Assembly (NCBI GenBank): GCA_963724285.1
Contig: CAVRUD010000008.1
Span: 6,302 to 70,301 of the forward strand
DNA: 64,000 bases
DNA from: an uncultured Chloroflexia bacterium
Lineage (GTDB): Bacteria; Chloroflexota; Chloroflexia; Thermomicrobiales; UBA6265
Direction of reading: 5' to 3'
A program made the position numbers and the translations under genes. Below, in pieces: positions 1 through 8,968 of this stretch (within the stretch, counting starts at the first letter, position 1; each line of letters begins with the position of its first letter). The notes below the pieces were generated by a model. That model searched no databases. It saw nothing but the letters and a program-made list of their open reading frames with translations, and was not told the origin of the DNA.

Positions 1-94
1 CGGCGCCCCCGCAAACACCCGATCCTTTTCTCCACCTTCATCAACCCGAGGCTGAGAACGACGACGTCTGCCCGGACGGTGTTGACAGGCGCCC

Positions 95-1426
95 TTAGGA
101 CGGTTGGTCCAATGGGAGGGTGACCGTCACCACGGTGCCACGCCCTTCCTCGCTGGCGATCGCAATCGATCCGCCGTGCTGATCGACGATCTGTCGAGCA
201 CCTGCCAGGCCGATTCCGGTGCCGCGAATCCTCCCTGCCACGTTCGAGCCTCGCCGAAACCGCTCGAAGATTCGGTCCAGGTCAGCAGCCGGGATGCCGA
301 CGCCCTCGTCCCGCACATCAATCCTGGCCCAGGCGCCGTCCGGTCGCTCCTGCCTGGTGACGGCAACCGTCACTCGTCCGCCGTTTGGGCTGAACTTCAC
401 CGCATTGCCCAAAATATTGTCGAGCACCCGGCGAAGGCGGAACCGGTCCCAGAGCCCGATCAGTTCCGGGACATCGGCTTCGACCGCGACCTCGTGCCTG
501 GCGGAGAGCTGCCGGGCGATCGCCGCCGTGTCGTTGATCAAGGCGACGAGGTCCATCGGCTCGGTTGCCAGCGCCAACGGCTGGCCGGAGCGCAACCGGG
601 CGACATCCTGCAACTCGGCGATCTGGGCCGTCATCTGCTCGACACCGACTTCGATGCCGTCCAACCCGGAGCGCAATCGCTCCGGCGCGATGGAGCCCTT
701 CCGGTCGAGCTGGCGGAGCATCAACTGGGCCTGCCCTTTGACGGCCGCCAGGGGGTTGCGCAGATCGTGGGCGATGTCGTCGAGGAATTCTTGCTGCCGT
801 TGCTCGTCCGCCTGGCGTGCACTCGCTTCGGTCCGTCGGGCCTGCTCCAGGGCCGTCTCCGCCGCTTCCCGGGCGGCCAGCTCTGCCTGGACCTCCGCGA
901 CGGCCAGCCGCAGGCGGATCTCCGTCGACGCCGCCGCGGCAAGGTCGGCGAGGCTCTCCAGTTCGACTTCGGTCCACGCCCGCGGCTTGTCGTCGATCGC
1001 GCAGAACGTGCCGAGGACGTGGCCATCGGCGGTCACCAGTGGGATGCCCGCATAGCCGACCACCGGCAACCCCTCGATCACCGGGATCTCGCGCACCCTG
1101 GGGTCGTTCCGGGAATCGGTGACGATCAGAGGCTCGCGGGAGATGACGACGTGCTGGCAGAAGGAGTGGGCAATGGGGGTCTCCCGGACCGTGGCATACG
1201 GCTCCGGCAGACCGGCCGCCCCCGCGAAATACTGGCGCTCGGCCGCGACCAGGGAGACCAGCGCGACCGGGATGCCGAGGACGCGGGTCGCGAGACGGGT
1301 GAGGCGGTCCAGGGTGTCATCTGGACCCGCATCGAGCAGGCCTGTCCGGGTGAGCACGGCAAGGCGGTCGGCCTCCTGGACCTCGGCGGGGATCGCGGCG
1401 TCTATCTCAACATCTCCGGTCGTCAT
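95..1426 (-). CDS. GAF-domain sensor histidine kinase
   Basis: 443-aa ORF. N-terminal GAF-like region, coiled-coil linker, H-box 'FLDDIAHDLRNPL', N-box 'LGNAVKFS', G-boxes 'DEGVGI' and 'GTGIGL'. Confidence 0.9.
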   Translation of the reverse strand: MTTGDVEIDAAIPAEVQEADRLAVLTRTGLLDAGPDDTLDRLTRLATRVLGIPVALVSLVAAERQYFAGAAGLPEPYATVRETPIAHSFCQHVVISREPLIVTDSRNDPRVREIPVIEGLPVVGYAGIPLVTADGHVLGTFCAIDDKPRAWTEVELESLADLAAAASTEIRLRLAVAEVQAELAAREAAETALEQARRTEASARQADEQRQQEFLDDIAHDLRNPLAAVKGQAQLMLRQLDRKGSIAPERLRSGLDGIEVGVEQMTAQIAELQDVARLRSGQPLALATEPMDLVALINDTAAIARQLSARHEVAVEADVPELIGLWDRFRLRRVLDNILGNAVKFSPNGGRVTVAVTRQERPDGAWARIDVRDEGVGIPAADLDRIFERFRRGSNVAGRIRGTGIGLAGARQIVDQHGGSIAIASEEGRGTVVTVTLPLDQPS

Positions 1427-1624
1427 GGCGTCGGGCGCGGGATCATCCCATCACGGCCCCGCGTGAGCGTAGTCGATTGCGCGGCAGGACGCATCATCCG
1501 CCGCTCGCGTCGGTATCAGGTGCAACAGATGGCCGCGGCTTGCGCGGGCGGTCCGGGCTGACTACGCTCGATCCCGGCCGAACACCCGGTTGCCGGAGCA
1601 CCACACGCCGGGTGAGCGGCGCCG

Positions 1625-2462
1625 GTGGTATGGTGTGAGCGACATGTCAGATACGCGAACGCGTTGAGGGACTGCCCAGTGGAGCCACCAATCGAGCCGA
1701 ATAGCCCGGAGCATGTGCAACAGAATCTGGAAGCCTGGCAGCGCTGGGCGCCCGGTTACGCCGAGTGGGCGCCGCGGGCGTGGAGCCAGGAGGAGCCGAG
1801 TTGGGGCATCTTCTCGATCCCCGACTCCCAGGTGGGTGCGCTGCCCGCATCGCTCGCCGGGCTGGACGTGATCGAGCTCGGCTGCGGCACGGCCTATTTC
1901 TCGGCCTGGATGGCGAAGAAGGGCGCCCGCCCGGTCGGGGTCGATATCTCCCCGGCCCAGCTCGAAACGGCCCGAGCGATGCAGGCCCGGTTCGGTCTGG
2001 ATTTCCCGCTCCACCTCGGCAACGCCGAAGAGACGCCCTTCCCCGACGCAATCCTTCGATCTGGTCATCAGCGAATACGGCGCCTCGATCTGGTGCGACC
2101 CCTACCGCTGGATCCCGGAAGCGGCCCGCCTGCTCCGCCCCGGCGGCACGCTCGCCTTCCTGGTCAACGGCGTCCTCTTGACGGTCTGCACGCCCCCGGA
2201 CGCCGCCGAGGACACCCCCGCCACGGAATGCTTGCAACGGCCCTACTTCGGCCTCCACCGCACCCCATGGCCGGACGGCTCCGTCAACTTCTACCTGGAG
2301 CACGGCGCCTGGATCCGCCTCCTGCGCGCCAACGGCTTCGAGGTCGTCACCCTGTACGAGGTCCAGGCCCCCGAAGGAACCACCAAGACCGCCCCGATCT
2401 TCACGACCGAGTGGGCCCGGCAGTGGCCCAGCGAAGAGATCTGGGTCGCGCGGAAGCGTTAG
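1625..2462 (+). pseudogene. class I SAM-dependent methyltransferase, disrupted by a 1-nt frameshift near 2050
   Basis: ORF 1625.. carries 'VIELGCGTAYF...VDISPAQL...ETPFPDA'. The expected continuation 'SFDLVISEYGASIWCDPYRW...RPGGTLAFLV' is in the frame of ORF 2178..2462. The junction is 'gacgca-a-tccttc'. Confidence 0.8.
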
Positions 2463-2767
2463 CGGGGTACAGGTCAGGTCGCGCAGGGAGGTGTGGTCCT
2501 TTGAGTGCTGAAAATGGCACTGGACTACCTCGCGCATGCTGACGGTTCGATGGCGGCCGGTTAGTCGGCCTCACATCATTCGGCGGGCTAGACGCAAAAC
2601 GGCCCGCCCACAATCGTAAGCGCTGCGATTGTGCGACTTACGGTGTGAAAGGGGATTTCTGGGAATACTGCGTCATGAGCGGGGTTACGTGGTTTCCGGA
2701 CGGCTGTGGTTGGCGTCCAGTATTTCTTGTCCGCATTTCAGTGAGGAGACCCGTTGTCATCACCCCG

Positions 2768-3682
2768 TTATTCCTCGCCGAAGTAGTCGGCATCGATCCG
2801 TTTGACGTGGTAGGTCACAACGTCGCTAACCCCCACGCTGTGATCGATCATGAGGTTCGTCAACTGGGACCCATCAACAAGGACGATACGCTTCTCGATG
2901 CGGGTGACGTAGTCGAACGCCTCGCGAGTGAATGTTGAGGTCGTGATGAGGACGCCCTTGCGCGCGCGTTGCCCTTCCAGACTTCCTGCGAACGCCTGAA
3001 CCGTGGGCCGGCCGACGGGTCCGTTCCACCGCTTGGCCTGCACGTAGACGAAATCGAGACCGAGCTTGTCTTCCTTGATGATACCGTCGATCCCGTCGTC
3101 GCCGGTCCCTCCTACGGCCTGGGCTGCGTCTTGCTGTGACCCGCCGTAACCCATCGCCACGAGCAGATCAACAACAACGCGTTCGAAGAACACGGGCGGA
3201 GCGCGCTTGATTCGCTCGAGCAGGTCCAAGGCGAGCGATTGGCGAATGGTTTGATAACTCGCGTCGAGGAGTTCATCCGGTGTTTGGGCTGGCTCCGGTG
3301 CGTCGTGTCCGTCGACCGTCACGGCGGGAAGCGACCCGCGCCGAAACTCGACGTACTCCGGGTAGCGTTTGAGGTAGGCCGCGTCAATGCGCGAGGGGTT
3401 CGCCGCCAGGGCCTCCCTCCCTCGGTCGGTGATGAGTATCCGTCCTCGCCCTGTTCGCTCGACCAGACCCGCCTTACCCAAGTGCGTTACTGCCCATGCG
3501 ATGCGATTGATGTAGAGGGGTTGCCTCCCGCTCGGGATGAGGATCCGGCGCTCCTCGACGGTCACACCGCAGGCGTCAGCAATGGACGAAAGGTAGGCAG
3601 CGCTTCTATGCTCCTCGCCATCTGCGAGCAAGCGGAGGATCGGCAGCATCGCAGACTGGAAATCGGGGATGCCCATCCACAC
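2768..3682 (-). CDS. mrr: Mrr-family restriction endonuclease (Mrr_N winged helix plus Mrr catalytic domain)
   Basis: N-terminus 'GIPDFQSAMLPILRLLADG', C-terminal 'GGTGDDGIDGII...VYVQAKRW...VLITTSTFT'. The start may be the second Met (3676). Confidence 0.9.
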   Translation of the reverse strand: MWMGIPDFQSAMLPILRLLADGEEHRSAAYLSSIADACGVTVEERRILIPSGRQPLYINRIAWAVTHLGKAGLVERTGRGRILITDRGREALAANPSRIDAAYLKRYPEYVEFRRGSLPAVTVDGHDAPEPAQTPDELLDASYQTIRQSLALDLLERIKRAPPVFFERVVVDLLVAMGYGGSQQDAAQAVGGTGDDGIDGIIKEDKLGLDFVYVQAKRWNGPVGRPTVQAFAGSLEGQRARKGVLITTSTFTREAFDYVTRIEKRIVLVDGSQLTNLMIDHSVGVSDVVTYHVKRIDADYFGEE

Positions 3683-3982
3683 CAGCGTTTCGTAAGCGGC
3701 GCTCCAGTAAGCGATGGTATCTGCTGAAAGAAGACCTGTCTATCGAGGCCTCAAGAACGCCCCAGCCTGTTGCAAAAGCCTGCATTGGATTCGATTGGCG
3801 CTGCCGCACGGAGGCGGACACCCCGTTTGACGTCGATTGGAGGGGTTCTGGGCCATCCGAAGGATGCCAAAACGACCCCAGTCGTGGTGCCCGATGGCTT
3901 TTACAACAGGCTGGAGCGTTCCTGCGACGGCTTGTTGCTGCCTGACCCCTGCGGCCCCAGGCCATTCATAGCGGAACGGGTA

Positions 3983-4954
3983 TCAGCCCTTGGTGGGGGC
4001 GCCGCGCTGCCGGCGCCAGCGGCGGTAGCTCGCGTTCACGTGCGTCCCGAACAGCAGCACGTGGGCCAGCGCCAGCAACCAGACCACGAGCAACGACACG
4101 AAGCCGAAGACCGCCCCGTAGCGGTTGCCGCCACCCACAAGGCGGACGTAGACCGGAAATGCCTGCGCGATCCCGACGAAGAGCGCCGCCGCCGTCAGAG
4201 TCCCCGGCCACACGTCGCCCAGGCGCTGGCCCGCGTTCGGGACCACGCGGTAGAGCATGCCGAAGAGCGCCACCGTCGCCAGGACCGCCAACACGTAGCC
4301 GAGGACCTGGACTCGCCCGGCTGCCAGCGCCCACTCCTCGAGGTAGAACGGCAGGTCGCGGCCGACGAAGAGCGTCGGCACCGTCGCCGACACCAGCGCC
4401 AGCACGAACAGCGCGGCGAAGGCGAGCACGACGAAGAATCCACGCCGCCGCTCGCACATGTAGCCGCAGCCGGGCACGCCGTAGACGCGGTTCATGCTCC
4501 GGGCCAGGCAACTCACGAAGCCCGCCCCGGTCCAGGCAAACCCGACGAGCGCCAGCGCCCCCAGCCAGTTGGTGTTGCGGCGCGCGGTGAGGATCGCCGC
4601 GAACGCGTCGCCGGACGACTCCCGCGGCAGACCCCAGAAACTCGTACTGAGCGCGGTGTCCAGAATCTCGTCGCGCTGCAAGAACTGGCCGGCCACCGCC
4701 AGGCAGAGCAGGAAGGTCGGCACCAGCGCGACCAAGGCGTTGAAGGCGATCGACGATGCCAGATCGCCCGCGTTGGCCTGCCGGTACCCGCGATAGCCCC
4801 AGTGGACCACCGCCCAAGGCGCCCCCAGTATGCGCCGCACCGGCCCCCGCGCGGGCGCGGTTCGCTCGGCGCGGCTCGCGGCGACCGGGCCAAGACGCGA
4901 CCCGGCTCGCACCCCGGCACGGCCGCCGGCGACGCCCTCGATGCGCAGCACCAT
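3983..4954 (-). CDS. YihY/BrkB-family integral membrane protein
   Basis: 'ASSIAFNALVALVPTFLL', multiple TM segments, 'LYRVVPN...WPG'. Start placed at internal 'MVLRIEG'; the upstream part of the 386-aa ORF is Arg/Gly-rich junk. Confidence 0.8.
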   Translation of the reverse strand: MVLRIEGVAGGRAGVRAGSRLGPVAASRAERTAPARGPVRRILGAPWAVVHWGYRGYRQANAGDLASSIAFNALVALVPTFLLCLAVAGQFLQRDEILDTALSTSFWGLPRESSGDAFAAILTARRNTNWLGALALVGFAWTGAGFVSCLARSMNRVYGVPGCGYMCERRRGFFVVLAFAALFVLALVSATVPTLFVGRDLPFYLEEWALAAGRVQVLGYVLAVLATVALFGMLYRVVPNAGQRLGDVWPGTLTAAALFVGIAQAFPVYVRLVGGGNRYGAVFGFVSLLVVWLLALAHVLLFGTHVNASYRRWRRQRGAPTKG

Positions 4955-5058
4955 GGATAGCCCCCCCGGCGGCCCACCGCCACCACGTGGCCGAGCGTGT
5001 TCCGTCTGCCACCGCCCCGGCCGCCAAGCGCGGGAGGCTGTCCTCGCGACCGCCCGGA

Positions 5059-6429
5059 TCAGCCGCCCTGGCGTCCTGCCGCGTCTCCCGGCTCGGGCTC
5101 GGTCACGCCATCCAAAGGCACGAGCGGGCCGAGGCGGCTCCAACCTTCGGCGATCTTACCGCCCGCGATGCGATACGTCTCGACCCCCTCGGCGGTCATC
5201 GCCTGGCCGGTCGGGTCCACGCCGACGAACGCGCCCGCCTGGGTCCCCCGCAGCCGCACACGGGCCACGACCTTGTCGCCCTCGGCGATCAGCTCCTCGA
5301 CCGCCAGGCGGCCGTCGGGGAAGGCGGCCCGAAACAGGCCGACCGCCTGCTTCATCCCGACCAGACCAGGCATCTGCCCGGGCAAGGGATCGTGATCGAC
5401 GAAGTCGGACGCCACCACCTCATCGAGGGGATCGACGCCGCCGGTCTCGAACGCATCGTACAACCGGCGTACGAGCGCCTTGTTGGCGTCGAGGTCCCGC
5501 CGCACGAGCAGATCCGCGCCGACCCACGCCGCGACCAACACCAGCGTCGCGACCAGCCCCAACCGCGTCAGGCTGTCGCTGAAGGCGCGTTCGGCCGGCG
5601 CCACCGCCACCGCGCGCGGGATGGCAACGCTGACGTAGGCGCTCCCGGCCGCCCCACCCGCGAGCGGCTCGAACGCGTACAGATAGGATCGACCGTCTTC
5701 GCCGGGAGCCTCGGTCGTGCCCGCCCCCCGGCTCAGGATCGTCTCGACCACCGGGGTCCCGGCCAGCGAGCGCCCGATCCAGCTCTCCTCGGCCGGGTCA
5801 GGGTGGTGGACCAGCACCGTGCCGGTCCGGTCGACCACGGTCAGGACCGAACCCTCCGGCAGCCCCGCCTCGGCCGCGAACTCATTGAGCCAGATCAGGT
5901 CCAGCGCGGCGTAGACGACCGCCAGGATCTGCCCCGCCTCGTCGACGACGGGGTAGCCGCAGTTGAGGGTGGGCAGGCCGGTGACGCGCCCGATCTGGTA
6001 TTCGCCGACCGCGAAGTCGCCGGTCTCGATGGCGCGCCGAAAGTAGACCCGATCGGCGAGGTTGGTCGGCCCCGGAGGGGGCACGGCGCTGCAGGCGAGG
6101 TCACCGTCCAGCTCGATCACCCCGAGGTTGGCGTAGAGCGGGACCTCGCCCCGCAGGGTCGAGAGGAGCGCGCTGCACACCTCCGGATCGCCTCCCCGCA
6201 CCTCGGGCAAGACTGCCAGCGCGACCAGGAGTTGGCGCGTGCTGTCGAGCAGCCGTTTCTGGTCGGCCGCGGCGAGCATGGCGAAGCGGCGGGCGTCCTC
6301 CTGGGCGTCCTCCACCGCTTGATCTCGCTGGCCATCGGCCACGTAGACAAGCAACCCCAGGGCCGGGAGGAGGGCGATCAGGACCAGGAGCATGAAGCGA
6401 ACCCGCAAGCTCCCCAGTAAGGACATCAC
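5059..6429 (-). CDS. membrane sensor: N-terminal TM, Cache/PDC-like periplasmic domain, second TM, C-terminal SnoaL-like 'ester cyclase' domain
   Basis: 'NLADRVYFRRAIETGDFAVGEY...PVVDEAGQILAVVYAALDL' is Cache-like. TM 'LGLVATLVLVAAWVGADLLV'. C-terminus 'NKALVRRLYDAFETG...VDHDPLPGQ...GKIAEGW' is SnoaL/ester-cyclase-like. Confidence 0.75.
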   Translation of the reverse strand: MMSLLGSLRVRFMLLVLIALLPALGLLVYVADGQRDQAVEDAQEDARRFAMLAAADQKRLLDSTRQLLVALAVLPEVRGGDPEVCSALLSTLRGEVPLYANLGVIELDGDLACSAVPPPGPTNLADRVYFRRAIETGDFAVGEYQIGRVTGLPTLNCGYPVVDEAGQILAVVYAALDLIWLNEFAAEAGLPEGSVLTVVDRTGTVLVHHPDPAEESWIGRSLAGTPVVETILSRGAGTTEAPGEDGRSYLYAFEPLAGGAAGSAYVSVAIPRAVAVAPAERAFSDSLTRLGLVATLVLVAAWVGADLLVRRDLDANKALVRRLYDAFETGGVDPLDEVVASDFVDHDPLPGQMPGLVGMKQAVGLFRAAFPDGRLAVEELIAEGDKVVARVRLRGTQAGAFVGVDPTGQAMTAEGVETYRIAGGKIAEGWSRLGPLVPLDGVTEPEPGDAAGRQGG

Positions 6430-6826
6430 CGGCGGACACCCCCTCTCGGCCGAGGCGGCGCACGGAGGGTGCCACGGCCCGAGAGGGGACGCGGGGCTCC
6501 CTGCTCACGAGCTCACCCGCCACGCGTCCGTCCGAGTCGAGGACCCGGAACAACGATCCCCGTGGCGGCCGACCGATCCGCCATTCCGCGCCGATTGCGT
6601 CGAGCCGCGCCTTCAAATCGGCCACCGGCGGGGCCGCGGAGCGGTAGACGATCAGCAGATCCACGTCCGAGTGCGCATCGACGGCTCCATGCGCGTCCGA
6701 CCCGAACACCAGGATCGCCGAGACGGTCGCCTGTTGGGCAACGGCGTCCCCGACCTGGCGAGCGACGGCCCGGAGATGGACGAGGCGTGGAGACGTGGGG
6801 CTGCTTGCCGTCATCGCTGTGTGCAT
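6101..6826 (-). CDS. nucleotidyltransferase-domain protein (MNT-like); 3' end uncertain, possibly truncated
   Basis: 'ILVFGSDAHGAVDAHSDVDLLIV' is the GS-X-D-X-D NTase motif. Only about the first 110-130 aa look protein-like. The last ~330 nt overlap the Cache gene out of frame and translate to Arg/Gly/Pro junk. Confidence 0.45.
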   Translation of the reverse strand: MHTAMTASSPTSPRLVHLRAVARQVGDAVAQQATVSAILVFGSDAHGAVDAHSDVDLLIVYRSAAPPVADLKARLDAIGAEWRIGRPPRGSLFRVLDSDGRVAGELVSREPRVPSRAVAPSVRRLGREGVSAGDVLTGELAGSLHAPGPDRPPPGPGVACLRGRWPARSSGGGRPGGRPPLRHARRGRPETAARQHAPTPGRAGSLARGAGRRSGGVQRAPLDPAGRGPALRQPRGDRAGR

Positions 6827-7564
6827 CCGCTCCTGCGCGCTCCGGCCGCCCAGCCGCCTTTTTCAACGGGCTGGCCCGTTTCTCAGATCTTTCCCGAATG
6901 CCATTCGGTTGCAAGCCTTTGCCAAAATTCGCGTGTCTCAAAACCCGTTCCTTTATCATCGTCTCATCACTTACTCGCCCTAACGAGTTTTGATCACTGC
7001 TTGTCGGTCAAACGTCATATGGCGAACCGGCCCTGACAGCGCAGTCTCCTCGACCGCTTACGCGCTTCGTTGCCCTCGGCGGGGTACATGTCTCCAACCT
7101 CCTTGAGGATGGGGTTGACATCACCTTTCAGCAGATCGCGGCCGAGCAGCGAGTACTCGCCCTCGCCTGCCTGCCACCAAGTCGCTTAACCACGCCCAAG
7201 CGGCGAGCCCCGAACAGATCCTAGGCGCCTTTGCCGACCTCACGACGATGCAACAGCGTCCGGAAGGCCGAAGACATCCCCCAACGGGGCGCCGCAGCCA
7301 CCTCATGCACCGCAACTCCCGCCACTGCATTACCCAACGCAACGCACCAGTATTCGACCATCCTGCTGGGGGATCTTCGGCAAAGAACACGATGATTAGG
7401 GGCTATGTAACCACAACCGCCAGCCCAGCAGGCCAACGCTTCAACCCAAAGATGAGGCCCGCTAAGAAAATGAGGGGGAACAGCATGGAAGGCCTGCTTC
7501 ACAGGTTAAGGAGAAAGTCCTGACCGCGCTGCCGAATCGGTCAATTCTCCACCCATGGCTGAAA

Positions 7565-8233
7565 TCACGCCAGCCCAAGCTGGGCAAGCCGCGTCAGGTT
7601 GTCCTCGATCCCCCATGCCTCGATGATTTGGCCGTCGCGGAATCGGAAGATCGACACCTCATCGATCCGCTCGAAGCGCCGGCCGGTCGGCGGGTGGCCC
7701 AACCACTCCCCGGTGTGTGTCGCCGAGCAGATGAACCTGCCCACAACCGTCTCCCGCTCCGCGATCAGGTCGATCACCTCCATCCGCACGTCGGGGAACG
7801 ACGCCCGGAACGGCGCGATCCACACTCGCGCCGCTGCCGCAATGTTCGGTGCATACAGCTCCGGGATCACGTCCAGGCGTCCATCATTGAGCACTTCGGC
7901 CACCAGCCGGCGCACGACCGCCTTGTTCTTCTCCCCGGGCTCGGCCGCCACGGAGATCGGCACCGCGACGATGTCCTTCAGGTCGGTGCGGACGAACGCC
8001 TTGATCTCGTCCGAGCCGCGCAGGCGCAGCCACAGCGGGCCGCCGTCCGGCTCGAAGGCAAGCTCGAAGGTGAAGAAGGGGCAGCACTCCTTCTCGACGT
8101 CGATGAACTCCAGCGCCTTCGCCGCCCAGGGGTCGGCGGCGGGAAAACGGAAGCCGAAGCCGTCGGGCAGTTCCTCCACCCGATCGACGTGGGCGAACAG
8201 GTCGCGGGCGATTGCTTCTTTGCGGGCGGCCAA
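7565..8233 (-). CDS. two-domain protein: Cys-rich 'CCPFF' domain fused to a SnoaL-like ester cyclase
   Basis: 'VEKECCPFFTFELAFEPDGGPLWLRLRG', then 'NKAVVRRLVAEVLNDGRLD...GQIIEAWGIEDN'. Divergent from the MerR gene. The protein-like reading 'CLACKLIGPE' continues upstream of the TTG at 8233 with no ATG/GTG/TTG in frame. Confidence 0.7.
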   Translation of the reverse strand: MAARKEAIARDLFAHVDRVEELPDGFGFRFPAADPWAAKALEFIDVEKECCPFFTFELAFEPDGGPLWLRLRGSDEIKAFVRTDLKDIVAVPISVAAEPGEKNKAVVRRLVAEVLNDGRLDVIPELYAPNIAAAARVWIAPFRASFPDVRMEVIDLIAERETVVGRFICSATHTGEWLGHPPTGRRFERIDEVSIFRFRDGQIIEAWGIEDNLTRLAQLGLA

Positions 8234-8401
8234 CTCGGGCCCGATCAGCTTGCACGCCAGGCAGGGCGCGTCGTTCGTTGTCTCAGGCCGGGACGTCCAT
8301 GGATCGCTCCTGTACCGCTCCGCGACGCCACACGCCGGCGCCGCACCGTCGTACGATGGGCACGATACAGGTTGAAGTCGACTTCAAGTCAAGAGGGCAG
8401 C

Positions 8402-8830
8402 ATGGAGCGCATGACGATCGGCGACGTCGCCCGGCAGACAGGATTGAACACCTCGGCGATCCGCTACTACGAGCGGCTCGGCCTGCTACCGGAGCCGGCC
8501 CGGCAGGGCGGCCAGCGCCGGTATGATCGGGAGGTCCTGACCCGTCTGGCCGTGGTGCGGATGGCCCAGGAGGCCGGGTTCAGTCTGGACGAGGTGCGCA
8601 CGCTCGTGGGCGGCTATCCGGAGGGGACACCAGCCGGGGAGCGCTGGGCGGATCTGGCCCGGCGCAAGATCCCCGAGGTGGATGCCCTCATCACCCGGCT
8701 GCAGGCCGTCCGCGCCACCTTGGAAGAAAGCCTCCGTTGCGGCTGCCCGACACTCGATGCCTGCGCGGCGATCGGCTGGGGGAAGGGGGGACAAAGCTGG
8801 CGCTTTGAGGGGGACAGCCCTGCGGGCTGA
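8402..8830 (+). CDS. MerR-family transcriptional regulator
   Basis: 'MTIGDVARQTGLNTSAIRYYERLGLL...RRYD' HTH, dimerisation helix, C-terminal Cys cluster 'CGCPTLDAC'. ATG at 8402 inside the long spurious ORF 7628..8830. Confidence 0.9.
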   Translation: MERMTIGDVARQTGLNTSAIRYYERLGLLPEPARQGGQRRYDREVLTRLAVVRMAQEAGFSLDEVRTLVGGYPEGTPAGERWADLARRKIPEVDALITRLQAVRATLEESLRCGCPTLDACAAIGWGKGGQSWRFEGDSPAG

Positions 8831-8968
8831 GGGGGAGAGGGGGAGCGATGTCGTTGCGCCTGGATGGCGGCAGGGCGCATGCCATGCGCCCCTACAGCGA
8901 TGGCCCCGGCCCGCTCCCTCCTCACGGCGACAGCCGTGTCCCCCTCAAAGCGCCAGCTTTGTCCCCCT
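8785..8968. repeat. 32-bp inverted repeat (31/32 match), arms 8785-8816 and 8937-8968
   Basis: 'ggggggacaaagctggcgctttgagggggaca' and its reverse complement. The arms overlap the 3' ends of the convergent MerR and cupredoxin genes. Confidence 0.85.

Noticed and set aside
104-1561. Long ORFs antisense to, or out of frame with, clear genes. Examples are 104..1561, 3770..4960, 22303..24279, 35338..37944, 52933..55242 and 61006..62688.
   Set aside because: Their translations are Arg/Pro/Gly/Ala-rich with no motifs, and they mirror well-supported genes on the other strand or frame. This is the usual stop-codon-poor artefact of high-G+C DNA.
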